Assembly (NCBI GenBank): GCA_004377185.1
Contig: SOIM01000058.1
Span: 67,828 to 131,827 of the forward strand
Length of the DNA stretch: 64,000 nucleotides
Direction: 5' to 3'
DNA from: Methanomassiliicoccales archaeon
Lineage (GTDB): Archaea; Thermoplasmatota; Thermoplasmata; RBG-16-68-12; SOIM01
Positions 35,394 to 44,827 of the stretch are shown here, one piece after another (position 1 is the stretch's first letter; each line of letters opens with the position of its first letter). The notes below the pieces were generated by a model, which was given only the letters and a program-made list of their open reading frames with translations, was not told where the DNA came from and ran no database searches. Both the position numbers and the translations under genes were made by a program.

Positions 35394-36599
35394 TGCTGGA
35401 TCAACATATCTGTCGTCAAGCAGATGGTGCCTTATCTCCTCCACATCGATTCCCTTTTTGACCAAACTGAGAAGATGGCCCGAGTTCCGTATCGCGCCAA
35501 TCATCTGAACCCCGGCAATCCTTCCATCCTTTATCAACATCTTCTTGACGGACCTGTTTGTCTTGACCTTCTCCACCTCAGGACCCTTCAACTCGAAAGA
35601 GGCCATGCCAATCGATAGGACCGGAGTGCCGTACACATCCAGTATGTTGATCGATTGCAGACCCTCGTATTGCCTCTCCACTCCCGCGATGTTGTGGCCT
35701 GCAATCTTCCCCTGGTCGACCGCATTCGGCCAGATGGCGTTCACCATCCTGCTTCCACGGACCTTGTCCTCAGCCTCCACAATGTCTCCCGCGGCGTAGA
35801 TGTCTTTCACGGACGTTCTGAGGTGGTCGTCCACCAAGATGCCGAAGTTGGTCTTGATTCCACTGCCCTTGAGGAATTCGGTGTTAGGCCTCACTCCTAT
35901 GCCCAGAACAACCATATCGCAAGAGGTTCGCCTCTTTCCTGACACGACTCCTTTCACCTTGCCGTTTCCAACTATCTCAGATACCTGCTTACCCAGTTTG
36001 AATCGAATGCCTTCCTTCTCGAGTATTCTCTGGACTTCAAGGGACATATCCTTGTCCAACATCTTCGGAAGAACGGAATCCAACATCTCGAAGACAACTA
36101 CTTCCAATCCCAATCTCTGGAGCGCAATAGCGCATTCAATCCCGATGAAACCAGCCCCAAGAACGACTGTCTCCTTGGTTCCTTTCTTAATCCATCTCAG
36201 TATATCTTCTGCGTCCGCCAGGTTCCCCAGGCCGAATACCCCTTCCAGGTCAATCCCGGGAATGGGTGGTCTGAGAGGTTGTGAACCCGCGGCAACCAGA
36301 AGTCTATCATACTTGACCTTGCGTCCATTCACCAAAACCGCCTTCTCTTTTGGTGCGATCTTGGAGACTGGCTTCCCGAGCAATGGCTTGACCTTGTTTC
36401 TCTCGTAGAAATCACTACCCACGCGGAATATGTTCTTCTTCTTGATCTCCCCGCCTATGAGATAGGGCAGCGAACAGGGGGAGTAAGGCATATGTTCTTC
36501 CTTGGAAATTGCAGTGATCTTGCACTTCTTGTCCAGCTCGCGTATCGTCTGAATCGCAGAAACGCCAGCGCCTCCAGTTCCGATGACCACCACATGCAT
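35382..36599 (-). CDS. FAD-dependent pyridine nucleotide-disulfide oxidoreductase (NADH oxidase / ferredoxin:NAD(P)+ reductase / CoA-disulfide reductase family)
   Basis: Start at MHVVVIGTGGAG (ATG 36599). Second Rossmann motif VVLGAGFIGIE. Active-site Cys region SPCSLPY. 406 aa. Convergent with, and overlapping, the ferredoxin gene tail. Confidence 0.8.
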   Translation of the reverse strand: MHVVVIGTGGAGVSAIQTIRELDKKCKITAISKEEHMPYSPCSLPYLIGGEIKKKNIFRVGSDFYERNKVKPLLGKPVSKIAPKEKAVLVNGRKVKYDRLLVAAGSQPLRPPIPGIDLEGVFGLGNLADAEDILRWIKKGTKETVVLGAGFIGIECAIALQRLGLEVVVFEMLDSVLPKMLDKDMSLEVQRILEKEGIRFKLGKQVSEIVGNGKVKGVVSGKRRTSCDMVVLGIGVRPNTEFLKGSGIKTNFGILVDDHLRTSVKDIYAAGDIVEAEDKVRGSRMVNAIWPNAVDQGKIAGHNIAGVERQYEGLQSINILDVYGTPVLSIGMASFELKGPEVEKVKTNRSVKKMLIKDGRIAGVQMIGAIRNSGHLLSLVKKGIDVEEIRHHLLDDRYVDPALRS

Positions 36600-36641
36600 C
36601 AATCGAAGCCCCTGTCCCATTGCAGATAGCACAAAACGATA

Positions 36642-38471
36642 TTAAAATGTTCCAGGCCTATAAATGAAGGTGAAGTAGTAGTAGAGAATGAGATAGACTC
36701 CAACGATCACCAGTATGAGACCGCTGACCTTCTTTATCGTGTCGGTATGAGCGCTCAGTTTCTGCACGGACTCCTGACCGAAGGCGGACAGCATGAAGGT
36801 TATCGCTACCATCAGGAGAAGAATGGTAATAGAGAATATCAGGATTAGCAATATGCCATCCAGCAGAGTTCCTGACACGATCCCTTCCAAAAGCAATCCG
36901 ACATAGAGCGGCGCAGTGCACGCGGAGGCCGCTGCCCCGTAACCAATCCCGTAACTGAACAACTTGGCGTAGTAACCTTTCTCGCTTTCAGCGTCCGGGT
37001 CTTTCTCACCAAAAAGCTTCACTCTGAGTTTCTGGAAAGGACGAATGAGAGCATGGTACTGAAGATTCGTGAACATGAGAGCCCCGAGAATGATGAGAAT
37101 TATCGCCACAATCGGGCTGAGGTAAACAGCATATCTTTCCACACCAGCTGTCTTTCCAAGAACGATTGCTATTATCCCGATTATCAGAAACACGAGGATT
37201 ATTCCAAAACCAGATACGAATCCACTTCCGAGAACTTTCTTCATCGATTTCTTCTTCTCTTCAGCTTCCGTGGTGAGATAGTAACTGATGTAACCAGGAA
37301 GCATCGGGAAGGAGCAGGGTGAGAAATAGGTGGCGAACCCAATGAAAACTGCGGTTGCGAGGATACCCACTAAATGCAAGGAAATAACCTGGGCGGTACC
37401 CTCAATGGCGGCACCAATCTCGCTTCTGAGCTCTTCAACACTAACACCGCTGGTGGAAATCTCATAGGTGGGATATCTGTCCTTGTTTATGACAACCAAC
37501 TTGGGAAGATCCTCAACCGAGAAGACATCAAATGTAAGACTGGCCGTGTCTCTAGCAATCGTCCAAGTCACTCCCTGAGCATCCCTGAACTCGCGAAGGG
37601 CCAAATCAGTGTCCGTACCCACGGCAATGGAAATGACTTCGATCTCGTTCTCATCAAAGACAGCGACGGCGTCCTCCAGCTTTTCCCTTAATTCCTCGCA
37701 AGGCCTGCAACTGGTTGCCATGAAGTCCAGAATGATGACCTCATCTGGGTAATCTGAGAGATTCCAAGGATTTCCATCTATGTCAACGAGTGAGAAGTCT
37801 TCCACTTTGTTGACCTTGCCAGAAAGCCCGCTCAAGCTGATCGCACCATAGAGAATTGCTATTGTCAGAAAGAGGACGATTCCGACAACCAGGACCTTGT
37901 TCGATCCTGTGGTGATTTTCTTCCTTTTTCTGTAAATGAGAATTCCAGCTAGCGAGACCATCAGAACTCCCAAAATCACCTCCGCAGCAATCACTTCGAT
38001 CGGAATCTCAATGGCGACCTCGATAGGCGGCAGTGCACCAGTGTAGTTGTAGTAGTAGTAATCATGATCTCCGTCTCCAGGAGCGTAGCCAATGGTCTGG
38101 TTTGCATAAATGACCCTGATCTTATACCCTATCATAGTGCCGCCGTCAAAGGGCCTGGTTATGTTGTAACGGAACGTCTGGTTTCCCAGGTCCTCCATAA
38201 TCTCGAAGTAGCATGTGCCGACAGTCATTGTTTCGGGGTCGACCGTGCAATACTGGGTCTCAACAACATTTACCTCGGTGATATTCTCAATCTCAGCATG
38301 CACAGATACAGACTGACCTGCAAAGGGTTCTTCAGGCGTGTGATAAACGTTCAATATGTTGCCATCAAGGGCCGAGGCGTTCGGAGAGGTGAACAAAAAC
38401 GCAAATAGCAGAACCAGAAGTGAGAGGAGGGCTGTCAGACCTCTCTTTGTGTTAGATACTCTGAACACCAA
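36642..38471 (-). CDS. DsbD-family thiol:disulfide interchange protein: extracytoplasmic Ig-like domain, TlpA/ResA-like thioredoxin domain (CRPC), CcdA-type membrane domain
   Basis: Signal peptide, HTP...ANQT Ig-like domain, TM, DFMATSCRPCEE thioredoxin motif, FSPCSFPMLPGY and ASACTAPL CcdA motifs. Confidence 0.8.
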   Translation of the reverse strand: MVFRVSNTKRGLTALLSLLVLLFAFLFTSPNASALDGNILNVYHTPEEPFAGQSVSVHAEIENITEVNVVETQYCTVDPETMTVGTCYFEIMEDLGNQTFRYNITRPFDGGTMIGYKIRVIYANQTIGYAPGDGDHDYYYYNYTGALPPIEVAIEIPIEVIAAEVILGVLMVSLAGILIYRKRKKITTGSNKVLVVGIVLFLTIAILYGAISLSGLSGKVNKVEDFSLVDIDGNPWNLSDYPDEVIILDFMATSCRPCEELREKLEDAVAVFDENEIEVISIAVGTDTDLALREFRDAQGVTWTIARDTASLTFDVFSVEDLPKLVVINKDRYPTYEISTSGVSVEELRSEIGAAIEGTAQVISLHLVGILATAVFIGFATYFSPCSFPMLPGYISYYLTTEAEEKKKSMKKVLGSGFVSGFGIILVFLIIGIIAIVLGKTAGVERYAVYLSPIVAIILIILGALMFTNLQYHALIRPFQKLRVKLFGEKDPDAESEKGYYAKLFSYGIGYGAAASACTAPLYVGLLLEGIVSGTLLDGILLILIFSITILLLMVAITFMLSAFGQESVQKLSAHTDTIKKVSGLILVIVGVYLILYYYFTFIYRPGTF

Positions 38472-38532
38472 TCGTATTCACCTGTGGATTAGAAAGATAC
38501 TGACCAAATGGTATAAAGATTTTGTAAACCCC

Positions 38533-39042
38533 ATGGAAAAGTCTATTGAGAGATTCGGCATTCCCTGTCGTATGAGCGAAGAGGACCTCATCTCCAAGAT
38601 ACTCAGAACTCGGTACGGGAGGATTGATCTGAAGGCTTCAGACCACGGACTTTTCGAACTGGCTCTGAACGGCAGACTCAAAAAAGGGGTAGGCACCAAC
38701 AGGATGCTCGACAAACTCCAGATGGACTTGGAGAGGTATTTCAAAGGAAAGCCTGTGGATTTCTCAGAGATCCAGCTGGACATGTTAGGATACACTCCGT
38801 TCGAAAGAGATGTACTGGCTGCCACAAAACGAATACCTTACGGCAAAACGAAGAGCTACAAGGACATAGCCGAAGAGATCGGACGTCCTCAAGCCTTCCG
38901 AGCGGTGGGCAATGCTCTGGGAAAGAACAGGACAGCGATAATCGTACCGTGCCATCGTGTCGTTTCAGAGGGGGGCTTGGGAGGATTCGGTGCAGGCACT
39001 GAATGGAAGAAGAGACTTCTCAGGCTGGAAGGTATCCTCTAG
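38533..39042 (+). CDS. ogt: Methylated-DNA--protein-cysteine methyltransferase (Ogt/MGMT)
   Basis: Start ATG 38533. C-terminal IVPCHRVV active site and helix-turn-helix. 169 aa. Confidence 0.85.
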   Translation: MEKSIERFGIPCRMSEEDLISKILRTRYGRIDLKASDHGLFELALNGRLKKGVGTNRMLDKLQMDLERYFKGKPVDFSEIQLDMLGYTPFERDVLAATKRIPYGKTKSYKDIAEEIGRPQAFRAVGNALGKNRTAIIVPCHRVVSEGGLGGFGAGTEWKKRLLRLEGIL

Positions 39043-39069
39043 TTCAGAAATTGAACGGAAGTGATTGTT

Positions 39070-40221
39070 ATGAAGGCAAAGCAAGGGCTTTCCACCAAAT
39101 GTGTCCATGCGGGCAAGACTGTTTGTGGAAGAGTGGCGCCAGTGGCCAGTCCGATTTTCCAGACCTCTACGTACTATTACCCGAAGGAGGAATCGGCGGG
39201 TTACATCTACACGAGAATCGAGAACCCTACGCAGGAGGTAGTGGAAGAGAAGATAGCAGCTCTGGAAGGAGGTAGGGAGGGTCTGGTCTTCTCGTCCGGG
39301 ATGGCCGCAATAACCACGACCGTTCTCTCAACTGTGGGGGAAGGAGGGCATTTGATTGCATTTGAGGACCTGTACGGAAACACTTACACTTTCTTCAAAT
39401 CGGGGCTTGAGAAGTATGGCATTGACGTTACACTGATCAAAGCAAAAGACGCAACTGGAATAGGGAGGTTCATCAGGAAGAACACGAAAGCGGTCTTTCT
39501 TGAATCCCCTACGAACCCTTTGATGAGGATTGTTGATATCCCCAAGGTTGCCAAGGTCGCACACAAGAAATCAGTTAAGGTAATCGTTGACAACACCTTC
39601 GCGACCCCGATAAACCAAAGACCTCTGGAGCTGGGAGCGGACATAGTCGTACACAGCGGTTCGAAATACCTGAACGGGCACAGCGATGTCATATCGGGAC
39701 TGATGGCTGGCAATAGAGAGAATGTGCAGGAGATAAAGGAGTTAAGAACCACCCTTGGAGGATGCCTGGACCCACATGCTTCCTACCTCTTGCAGAGGGG
39801 AATGATGACTTTGTCCATCAGAATGGCCAAACACAACGATAACGGTCAGAGGGTTGCTGAGTTTCTCGAAAACCACAAGAAGATAGATCGGGTGCACTAC
39901 CCAGGCTTGTCGTCACATCCTGATCATGAACTGGCGAAGAGCATGATGCACGGGTTCGGAGGTATGCTAAGCTTCGAAGTGAAGGGGAGAAGAAAGGAAG
40001 CCAACAGGTTCCTGAAGGAGCTCAAGCTCTTGCTGGCGGCACCCAGCTTGGGCGGGGTCGAGACTCTGATAAGTGTCCCTGCCGAGACCTCACATTCCTA
40101 TCTTTCTCGAAAAGAGAGACTGGGGCAGGGAATAAAAGACAATCTGGTTCGAATGTCAGTTGGTATAGAAGATTTTCAGGACATCAAGAGAGACTTGAAC
40201 CAAGCCTTGTCCAAGATCTGA
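39070..40221 (+). CDS. PLP-dependent Cys/Met metabolism enzyme (cystathionine gamma-synthase/lyase or methionine gamma-lyase family)
   Basis: ATG 39070 with GGAAGTGA SD. SGSKYLNGHSD Lys-PLP motif. 383 aa. Confidence 0.85.
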   Translation: MKAKQGLSTKCVHAGKTVCGRVAPVASPIFQTSTYYYPKEESAGYIYTRIENPTQEVVEEKIAALEGGREGLVFSSGMAAITTTVLSTVGEGGHLIAFEDLYGNTYTFFKSGLEKYGIDVTLIKAKDATGIGRFIRKNTKAVFLESPTNPLMRIVDIPKVAKVAHKKSVKVIVDNTFATPINQRPLELGADIVVHSGSKYLNGHSDVISGLMAGNRENVQEIKELRTTLGGCLDPHASYLLQRGMMTLSIRMAKHNDNGQRVAEFLENHKKIDRVHYPGLSSHPDHELAKSMMHGFGGMLSFEVKGRRKEANRFLKELKLLLAAPSLGGVETLISVPAETSHSYLSRKERLGQGIKDNLVRMSVGIEDFQDIKRDLNQALSKI

Positions 40222-40225
40222 TTCT

Positions 40226-41398
40226 TCACTCGTCAAAGAACCCTTCTGGCGTCATCGGCGACATCTTCCTCAAGTTGGTAACGATTTCTGGCAGAACTTC
40301 CAAGACGTAGTCAATATCCCCTTCCTGAGTGCCCCTCCCCAGGTTGAACTGAAGAGAGCCGTGGGCTTCCTCCGCCTTTACACCCATTGCAAGCAGTACG
40401 TGCGAGGGTTGCAGAGAGTCCGATACGCATGCCGAGCCAGTGGCGACCTGGATTCCCATGGAGTCAAGGTTCAAAACAATAGATTCGCCTTCTATGTAGT
40501 TGAAACGGATGTTCGCGCTAGTAGGTAACCTCTTTGTCGGATGGCCGTTCAAGTAGGATTCTTTCACGGAGCTTGTTAAATCTCCAATCAGCTTGTCTCG
40601 CAAGGCAGAGACTCTTGTTGCTTCCGATTCCATCATTTCAAGGGCAATCTCGGCAGCCTTTCCAAAGCCCATGATGGCAGGGACGTTCTCCGTTCCAGGC
40701 CTTTTTCCTCCTTCCTGCCTCCCTCCGTGGAACAAGGGTTTGAACCTCTTCTTAGTCACGCACAATGCCGAAGCACCTTTGGGTCCGTACAGTTCTTGTG
40801 AGGCAACGGAAACCATGTCCAGATTGTCCTTCTTCATATCGATTGGTATCTTGCCCGCAGCTGCAATTGCGTCCGAATGAAATGTTATCCCTTTCTCCTT
40901 GGCAATCTCCCCAATCTCTCTGATGGGCTGGATCGTGCCGACCTCGTTGTTAGCATACATAATCGTGATCAGAATCGTCTCGTCCCTGATGCTCTTCCTG
41001 AGTTCCTCAACCTGGACTATCCCGTCGTTGTCTACTGGAACCTGGGTTGTCTCAAAACCTTCCTTTTCCAGAGACTTGAGGGTCCTAAGGACTGAATCAT
41101 GCTCGAATGCAGAGGTGATGATGTGATTGCCTTTCTCTTTGAATTGGTGCGCTGTTCCTATTATCGCCAGGTTGTTGGATTCGGTCCCGCAGGAAGTGAA
41201 GATAACATCGTCCTGTTTTGAATTCACCAGCTCTGCTATGCTTTCTCTTGCTTCCTCGATAGCTGCCTTTGCTTCGAAACCCAAGGAATATACGCTTGAA
41301 GGATTTCCGAACTTCTCGCCAAAATAGGGCATCATGAATTCCAAAACCTTCGGATCTACCGGCGTTGCGGCCCCGTAGTCCATATACACTTTTCTCAA
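40226..41398 (-). CDS. Cysteine desulfurase (NifS/IscS class)
   Basis: TTG start with GGGAGAGGT SD. SASQELYGPKG Lys-PLP region and SGSACVS active-site Cys loop. 390 aa. Confidence 0.9.
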   Translation of the reverse strand: MRKVYMDYGAATPVDPKVLEFMMPYFGEKFGNPSSVYSLGFEAKAAIEEARESIAELVNSKQDDVIFTSCGTESNNLAIIGTAHQFKEKGNHIITSAFEHDSVLRTLKSLEKEGFETTQVPVDNDGIVQVEELRKSIRDETILITIMYANNEVGTIQPIREIGEIAKEKGITFHSDAIAAAGKIPIDMKKDNLDMVSVASQELYGPKGASALCVTKKRFKPLFHGGRQEGGKRPGTENVPAIMGFGKAAEIALEMMESEATRVSALRDKLIGDLTSSVKESYLNGHPTKRLPTSANIRFNYIEGESIVLNLDSMGIQVATGSACVSDSLQPSHVLLAMGVKAEEAHGSLQFNLGRGTQEGDIDYVLEVLPEIVTNLRKMSPMTPEGFFDE

Positions 41399-41455
41399 GG
41401 CAAACCTCTCCCAACAATATCATGAGAACTTGGCATAAATTCTTTTGCATATTCT

Positions 41456-42439
41456 CTAGACAGGAAAAGGCTTTGTCACCATTCTCGCGATATGAAAACC
41501 AGATTTTGCGATTTCTATGACGGGCCTAGGATGCTTTTTCCTCAAGAATTTCCGATATCTCTTAATTATCTCAGAGGCTTTGGTTTGATTGTTGTTCAGA
41601 AAGGCCTGGTAGGAATCGAGTGCGATGTCACGCGCGGTCTCGTACTCCTCGGCCTCAAATCTCACGTCCTTCAAAAGCAACATCGCATCCAGCATCATCC
41701 ACAGGTCTTCCGCCATCCCTAGGAAGATAATGCCAAGGGCGGCCTGGTGGTCATCTGGAGTTTCAATGATGAACCGAGACCCTGCTTCACATGCCTCTTC
41801 CACACTGGTCTCAGCCCTTTCAGCCAAAGCATCGATGTCAGAAAAATCCTTCCTGACCAGCTTACCGTCCAATTCCTTGATGACACCAACGTAATCGCCC
41901 AGCTTCTCAAAGGCCTTCAAGAAGAGGTCCTTGGTCTCGACCTTCTCGATATAGTCGAAGACCTCACCGCCCTTTATCTCGGACGTGGATTTTGGAATGT
42001 CAACAAATGGCGGTGAAGCGAGTATCGGACAGATTTTCTTTGAGCATTCCGCACACGCACCAGAGGTGCAGTAGATAAGGGGTCTTCCACAGCTGCAGGG
42101 AATGGTTCCCCAGAGCGTTCTGCCGATGATGTCCAGCGTTTTCCTAGCGTCCTCTTCGTCTTTTGCCCTCCTGATTATTATCTTTCCGCCCTTGAACACA
42201 TGGATCCTCTTACCTTCCCACTCAGCGAGAGCGTATCCCATCTCCTCGGAACATCTCAGACTGTCGAAGAGACCTACTCGGCGAAGAGAACTGCACATCT
42301 GCTTGGTATCGAAGAAGTCCTCGCCCGGCCTACCGAATGGTGAGCCCAAATAGAGCTTGGCTTCGATAGTCACGTATCCCTCCTCGGTGCAGGGGTGAAT
42401 CTGGAATATAATCTTGGATTTGTCAACCTCTTCATTCAT
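41456..42439 (-). CDS. Cys-rich hypothetical protein (C-x-C-x7-C-x4-C-x2-C-x5-C cluster), function unknown
   Basis: Start ATG 42439 overlapping the upstream stop (ATGA). Motif IPCSCGRPLIYCTSGACAECSKKICP. No family recognised. Confidence 0.5.
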   Translation of the reverse strand: MNEEVDKSKIIFQIHPCTEEGYVTIEAKLYLGSPFGRPGEDFFDTKQMCSSLRRVGLFDSLRCSEEMGYALAEWEGKRIHVFKGGKIIIRRAKDEEDARKTLDIIGRTLWGTIPCSCGRPLIYCTSGACAECSKKICPILASPPFVDIPKSTSEIKGGEVFDYIEKVETKDLFLKAFEKLGDYVGVIKELDGKLVRKDFSDIDALAERAETSVEEACEAGSRFIIETPDDHQAALGIIFLGMAEDLWMMLDAMLLLKDVRFEAEEYETARDIALDSYQAFLNNNQTKASEIIKRYRKFLRKKHPRPVIEIAKSGFHIARMVTKPFPV

Positions 42440-43266
42440 CCTTTCTGGCTCCCAACCATTTCTCTGAGCATTTCCCCATGCACAGAACACAATCGCCCAC
42501 TAACTATTTGAGCGTTGATAACTTCCTCTTGCCAGTGAGCGTTGAACAGGATACAATTCCTGTCCTTGCAGAAGGGCTCCCCAGTCGCATGATAGAAAAG
42601 TGACTGAAGCACGTAGCCTTTCAACGCTTGCGTGATATTCTCATCGCCATGGTCAATGAATCTGCCTTTGATAGATTCCTTCAACTCCTCGACGGGCGGC
42701 TCGGCACCCACAGCAGCGTATTTCTGTTTGATCACATAGAACTCCTTTGGCTTTGCAGGTGCTTCCACCAATCCACTGGTGGAGATGAGAGAAGGATATC
42801 CGCACATTATCACACGTGCATGGTACCTGGCATCACCCTTCTCATACGTGCAGAATATTCTGTTTGTGAAAACCACATGGGCGAAGTCTGTGCGTAGTTC
42901 TTTCTCAGGAAGCAACTCTCTGAATGCCTGCTGCAGTCGGAATCCGTCATAGAGCATCCCCATGATCCTTCTGTGCGGTTCCCTGAGCATTCTCTTCTCG
43001 AACTGGACCTCTCCGTAAAGCGGTTCCGCCTCTTCCTTCAGACCTTCCATCCCCCTCACCTTGGTCGCTGCCAGTTTCTCTGCTAGCTTGTCCAGATCAC
43101 GGGAATGAAAAGAAAGGAAATCTTTCCTCATCCTGACATCAAGGTCGGGTATCTTCTCCTTCAGAAAATCCTCAATCTCTCCAATCCTGAGACTGGGAGT
43201 TGAGGGTTCGTCATAAAGATACACAACGGACGGTAAAGTCCGATCAGCCTTTCTTGAGGAGCTCAT
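42436..43266 (-). CDS. Hypothetical protein with C-terminal Cys/His cluster (FCKDRNC...H...C..H)
   Basis: 276-aa ORF translationally coupled between the Thi4 and Cys-rich genes. No recognisable catalytic motif. Confidence 0.5.
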   Translation of the reverse strand: MSSSRKADRTLPSVVYLYDEPSTPSLRIGEIEDFLKEKIPDLDVRMRKDFLSFHSRDLDKLAEKLAATKVRGMEGLKEEAEPLYGEVQFEKRMLREPHRRIMGMLYDGFRLQQAFRELLPEKELRTDFAHVVFTNRIFCTYEKGDARYHARVIMCGYPSLISTSGLVEAPAKPKEFYVIKQKYAAVGAEPPVEELKESIKGRFIDHGDENITQALKGYVLQSLFYHATGEPFCKDRNCILFNAHWQEEVINAQIVSGRLCSVHGEMLREMVGSQKG

Positions 43267-44029
43267 AAGCGATTCCCGCTCCCTTTCTTCCCGAAAGAAG
43301 CATGGAACCGAATGTGGGACCCATTCTGGGAAGTCCGTAGGTGGCGGAAACAGCCATTCCTATTGCGACCAGTCCAGGATGCACTTCACCGGTGTGTTCC
43401 ACGACCAGGTCCTCAGACTTCTCCACCCACATCCCTCCTTCGCCTACTTTCTTGATCAGTCCTCTCTGCTCCAGTTTGGAAACAACGTGAGCTTCGTGAC
43501 CAGTTCCGTCTATTACCACCTTGCATTCGAAAGCAACTGGGTCCACACAGGTGATCTCTCTCGGAAGAGCGGCAACCGGAGTCCAATTGACCACAACGCC
43601 AGCCACCCTGTTGTCCTCTCTCATAACAACATCATCGAACCTGGTCATGTTCAGTATCTTCACGCCAGCATCACAAGCAGATGCTATTAACTTAGAACAA
43701 GCGTGCGGACCAGGGGTAACATAGAGATCTTTGCTGTGCTCTTCGAACGGAATCCCTAACTCCTTCAGAATCTCATGACCGGGGGCCCGAACGGTAATGG
43801 TGTTCATCAGATACCCACCAATCCAAAATCCGCCACCGAGGTAGTTGTTCCTCTCGACAATTAAGACCCTGACATCCTTCGAGGCAAGCTCTCGTCCCGC
43901 CATCAGACCGCTGGGTCCTCCTCCGACAATGATGACCTCGGTCTCCGCGAACTCCCTTATATCTCTAGCGAAACCATCAATTATTGCCTTGGTGACTTGA
44001 CTTTCAGTAGCTTTCTTGAACACGGGCAT
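43244..44029 (-). CDS. thi4: Thiazole synthase Thi4 (sulfide-dependent archaeal type) / ribose-1,5-bisphosphate isomerase family
   Basis: Start at MPVFKK (ATG 44029, GAGGTTGGGG SD). Dinucleotide motif [11 protein letters not shown], and [18 protein letters not shown]. 261 aa. Confidence 0.85.
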   Translation of the reverse strand: MPVFKKATESQVTKAIIDGFARDIREFAETEVIIVGGGPSGLMAGRELASKDVRVLIVERNNYLGGGFWIGGYLMNTITVRAPGHEILKELGIPFEEHSKDLYVTPGPHACSKLIASACDAGVKILNMTRFDDVVMREDNRVAGVVVNWTPVAALPREITCVDPVAFECKVVIDGTGHEAHVVSKLEQRGLIKKVGEGGMWVEKSEDLVVEHTGEVHPGLVAIGMAVSATYGLPRMGPTFGSMLLSGRKGAGIAYELLKKG

Positions 44030-44104
44030 ATGAACCCCAACCTCAGGTATCCTACTCAAAGAGAAGTTGCGTATAAAGGTATTGTGGTTTCCCAGAGCCA
44101 AAGA

Positions 44105-44827
44105 CTACGATTCGGTCGACTTCAGTGCCCCTCGCTTGGTGGCGACCTCCCCTACAATCCTTCCGTCCTCAATCTTGAGGGTTCTGTGAGCTATGGATGA
44201 AATCCTTTGATCGTGAGTGACGATGATTACCGTCTTCCTGTACTTGGTGTTCAGGCTGTGGAACAGATCGAGCATTTGCTTTCCAGTGTCGGTGTCCAGC
44301 TCTCCTGTCGGTTCATCTGCAAGCACAAGAGGAGGATCATTCGCCAATGCGACCGCAATCGCTATCCTCTGCTGTTCCCCACCGCTCAGCTCGTCCGGTT
44401 TATGGATTGCCCTATCGTGCATGTGCACCAAATCTAGCAACTCGTTCGTTCTGGATTTCCTCTCCTTAGAGGTTTTGCCTGCAAGTCTCATCGGAAGCTG
44501 GACGTTCTCCTTGGCCGTGAGTGTGGGTACAAGATTGAAGAACTGGAACACGAAACCGACCCTTTCCCTTCTGTACTTCACCATCTCCGGATCAGAATAA
44601 TGAACGATGTTCGCCCCATCCACAACTATGGAGCCGGCAGTCGGCCTATCCAAGCCGCCTATGAGGTTCAAAAGAGTCGTCTTACCACATCCCGAGGGCC
44701 CTTGTATGGCGACAACTTCCTTATCCTGGATTTCCAGATCCAATCCCCTTAGGGCGATGACTTCGGACTTTCCCGTTCTGTAGACCCTTATGAGGTCCTG
44801 CGTAACAATCTTAGGGATTTTAACCAC
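44105..44827 (-). CDS. ABC transporter ATP-binding protein (MacB/LolD-like)
   Basis: GPSGCGKTT Walker A, LSGGEQQRIAIA signature, LVLADEPTG Walker B. Confidence 0.9.
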   Translation of the reverse strand: MVKIPKIVTQDLIRVYRTGKSEVIALRGLDLEIQDKEVVAIQGPSGCGKTTLLNLIGGLDRPTAGSIVVDGANIVHYSDPEMVKYRRERVGFVFQFFNLVPTLTAKENVQLPMRLAGKTSKERKSRTNELLDLVHMHDRAIHKPDELSGGEQQRIAIAVALANDPPLVLADEPTGELDTDTGKQMLDLFHSLNTKYRKTVIIVTHDQRISSIAHRTLKIEDGRIVGEVATKRGALKSTES

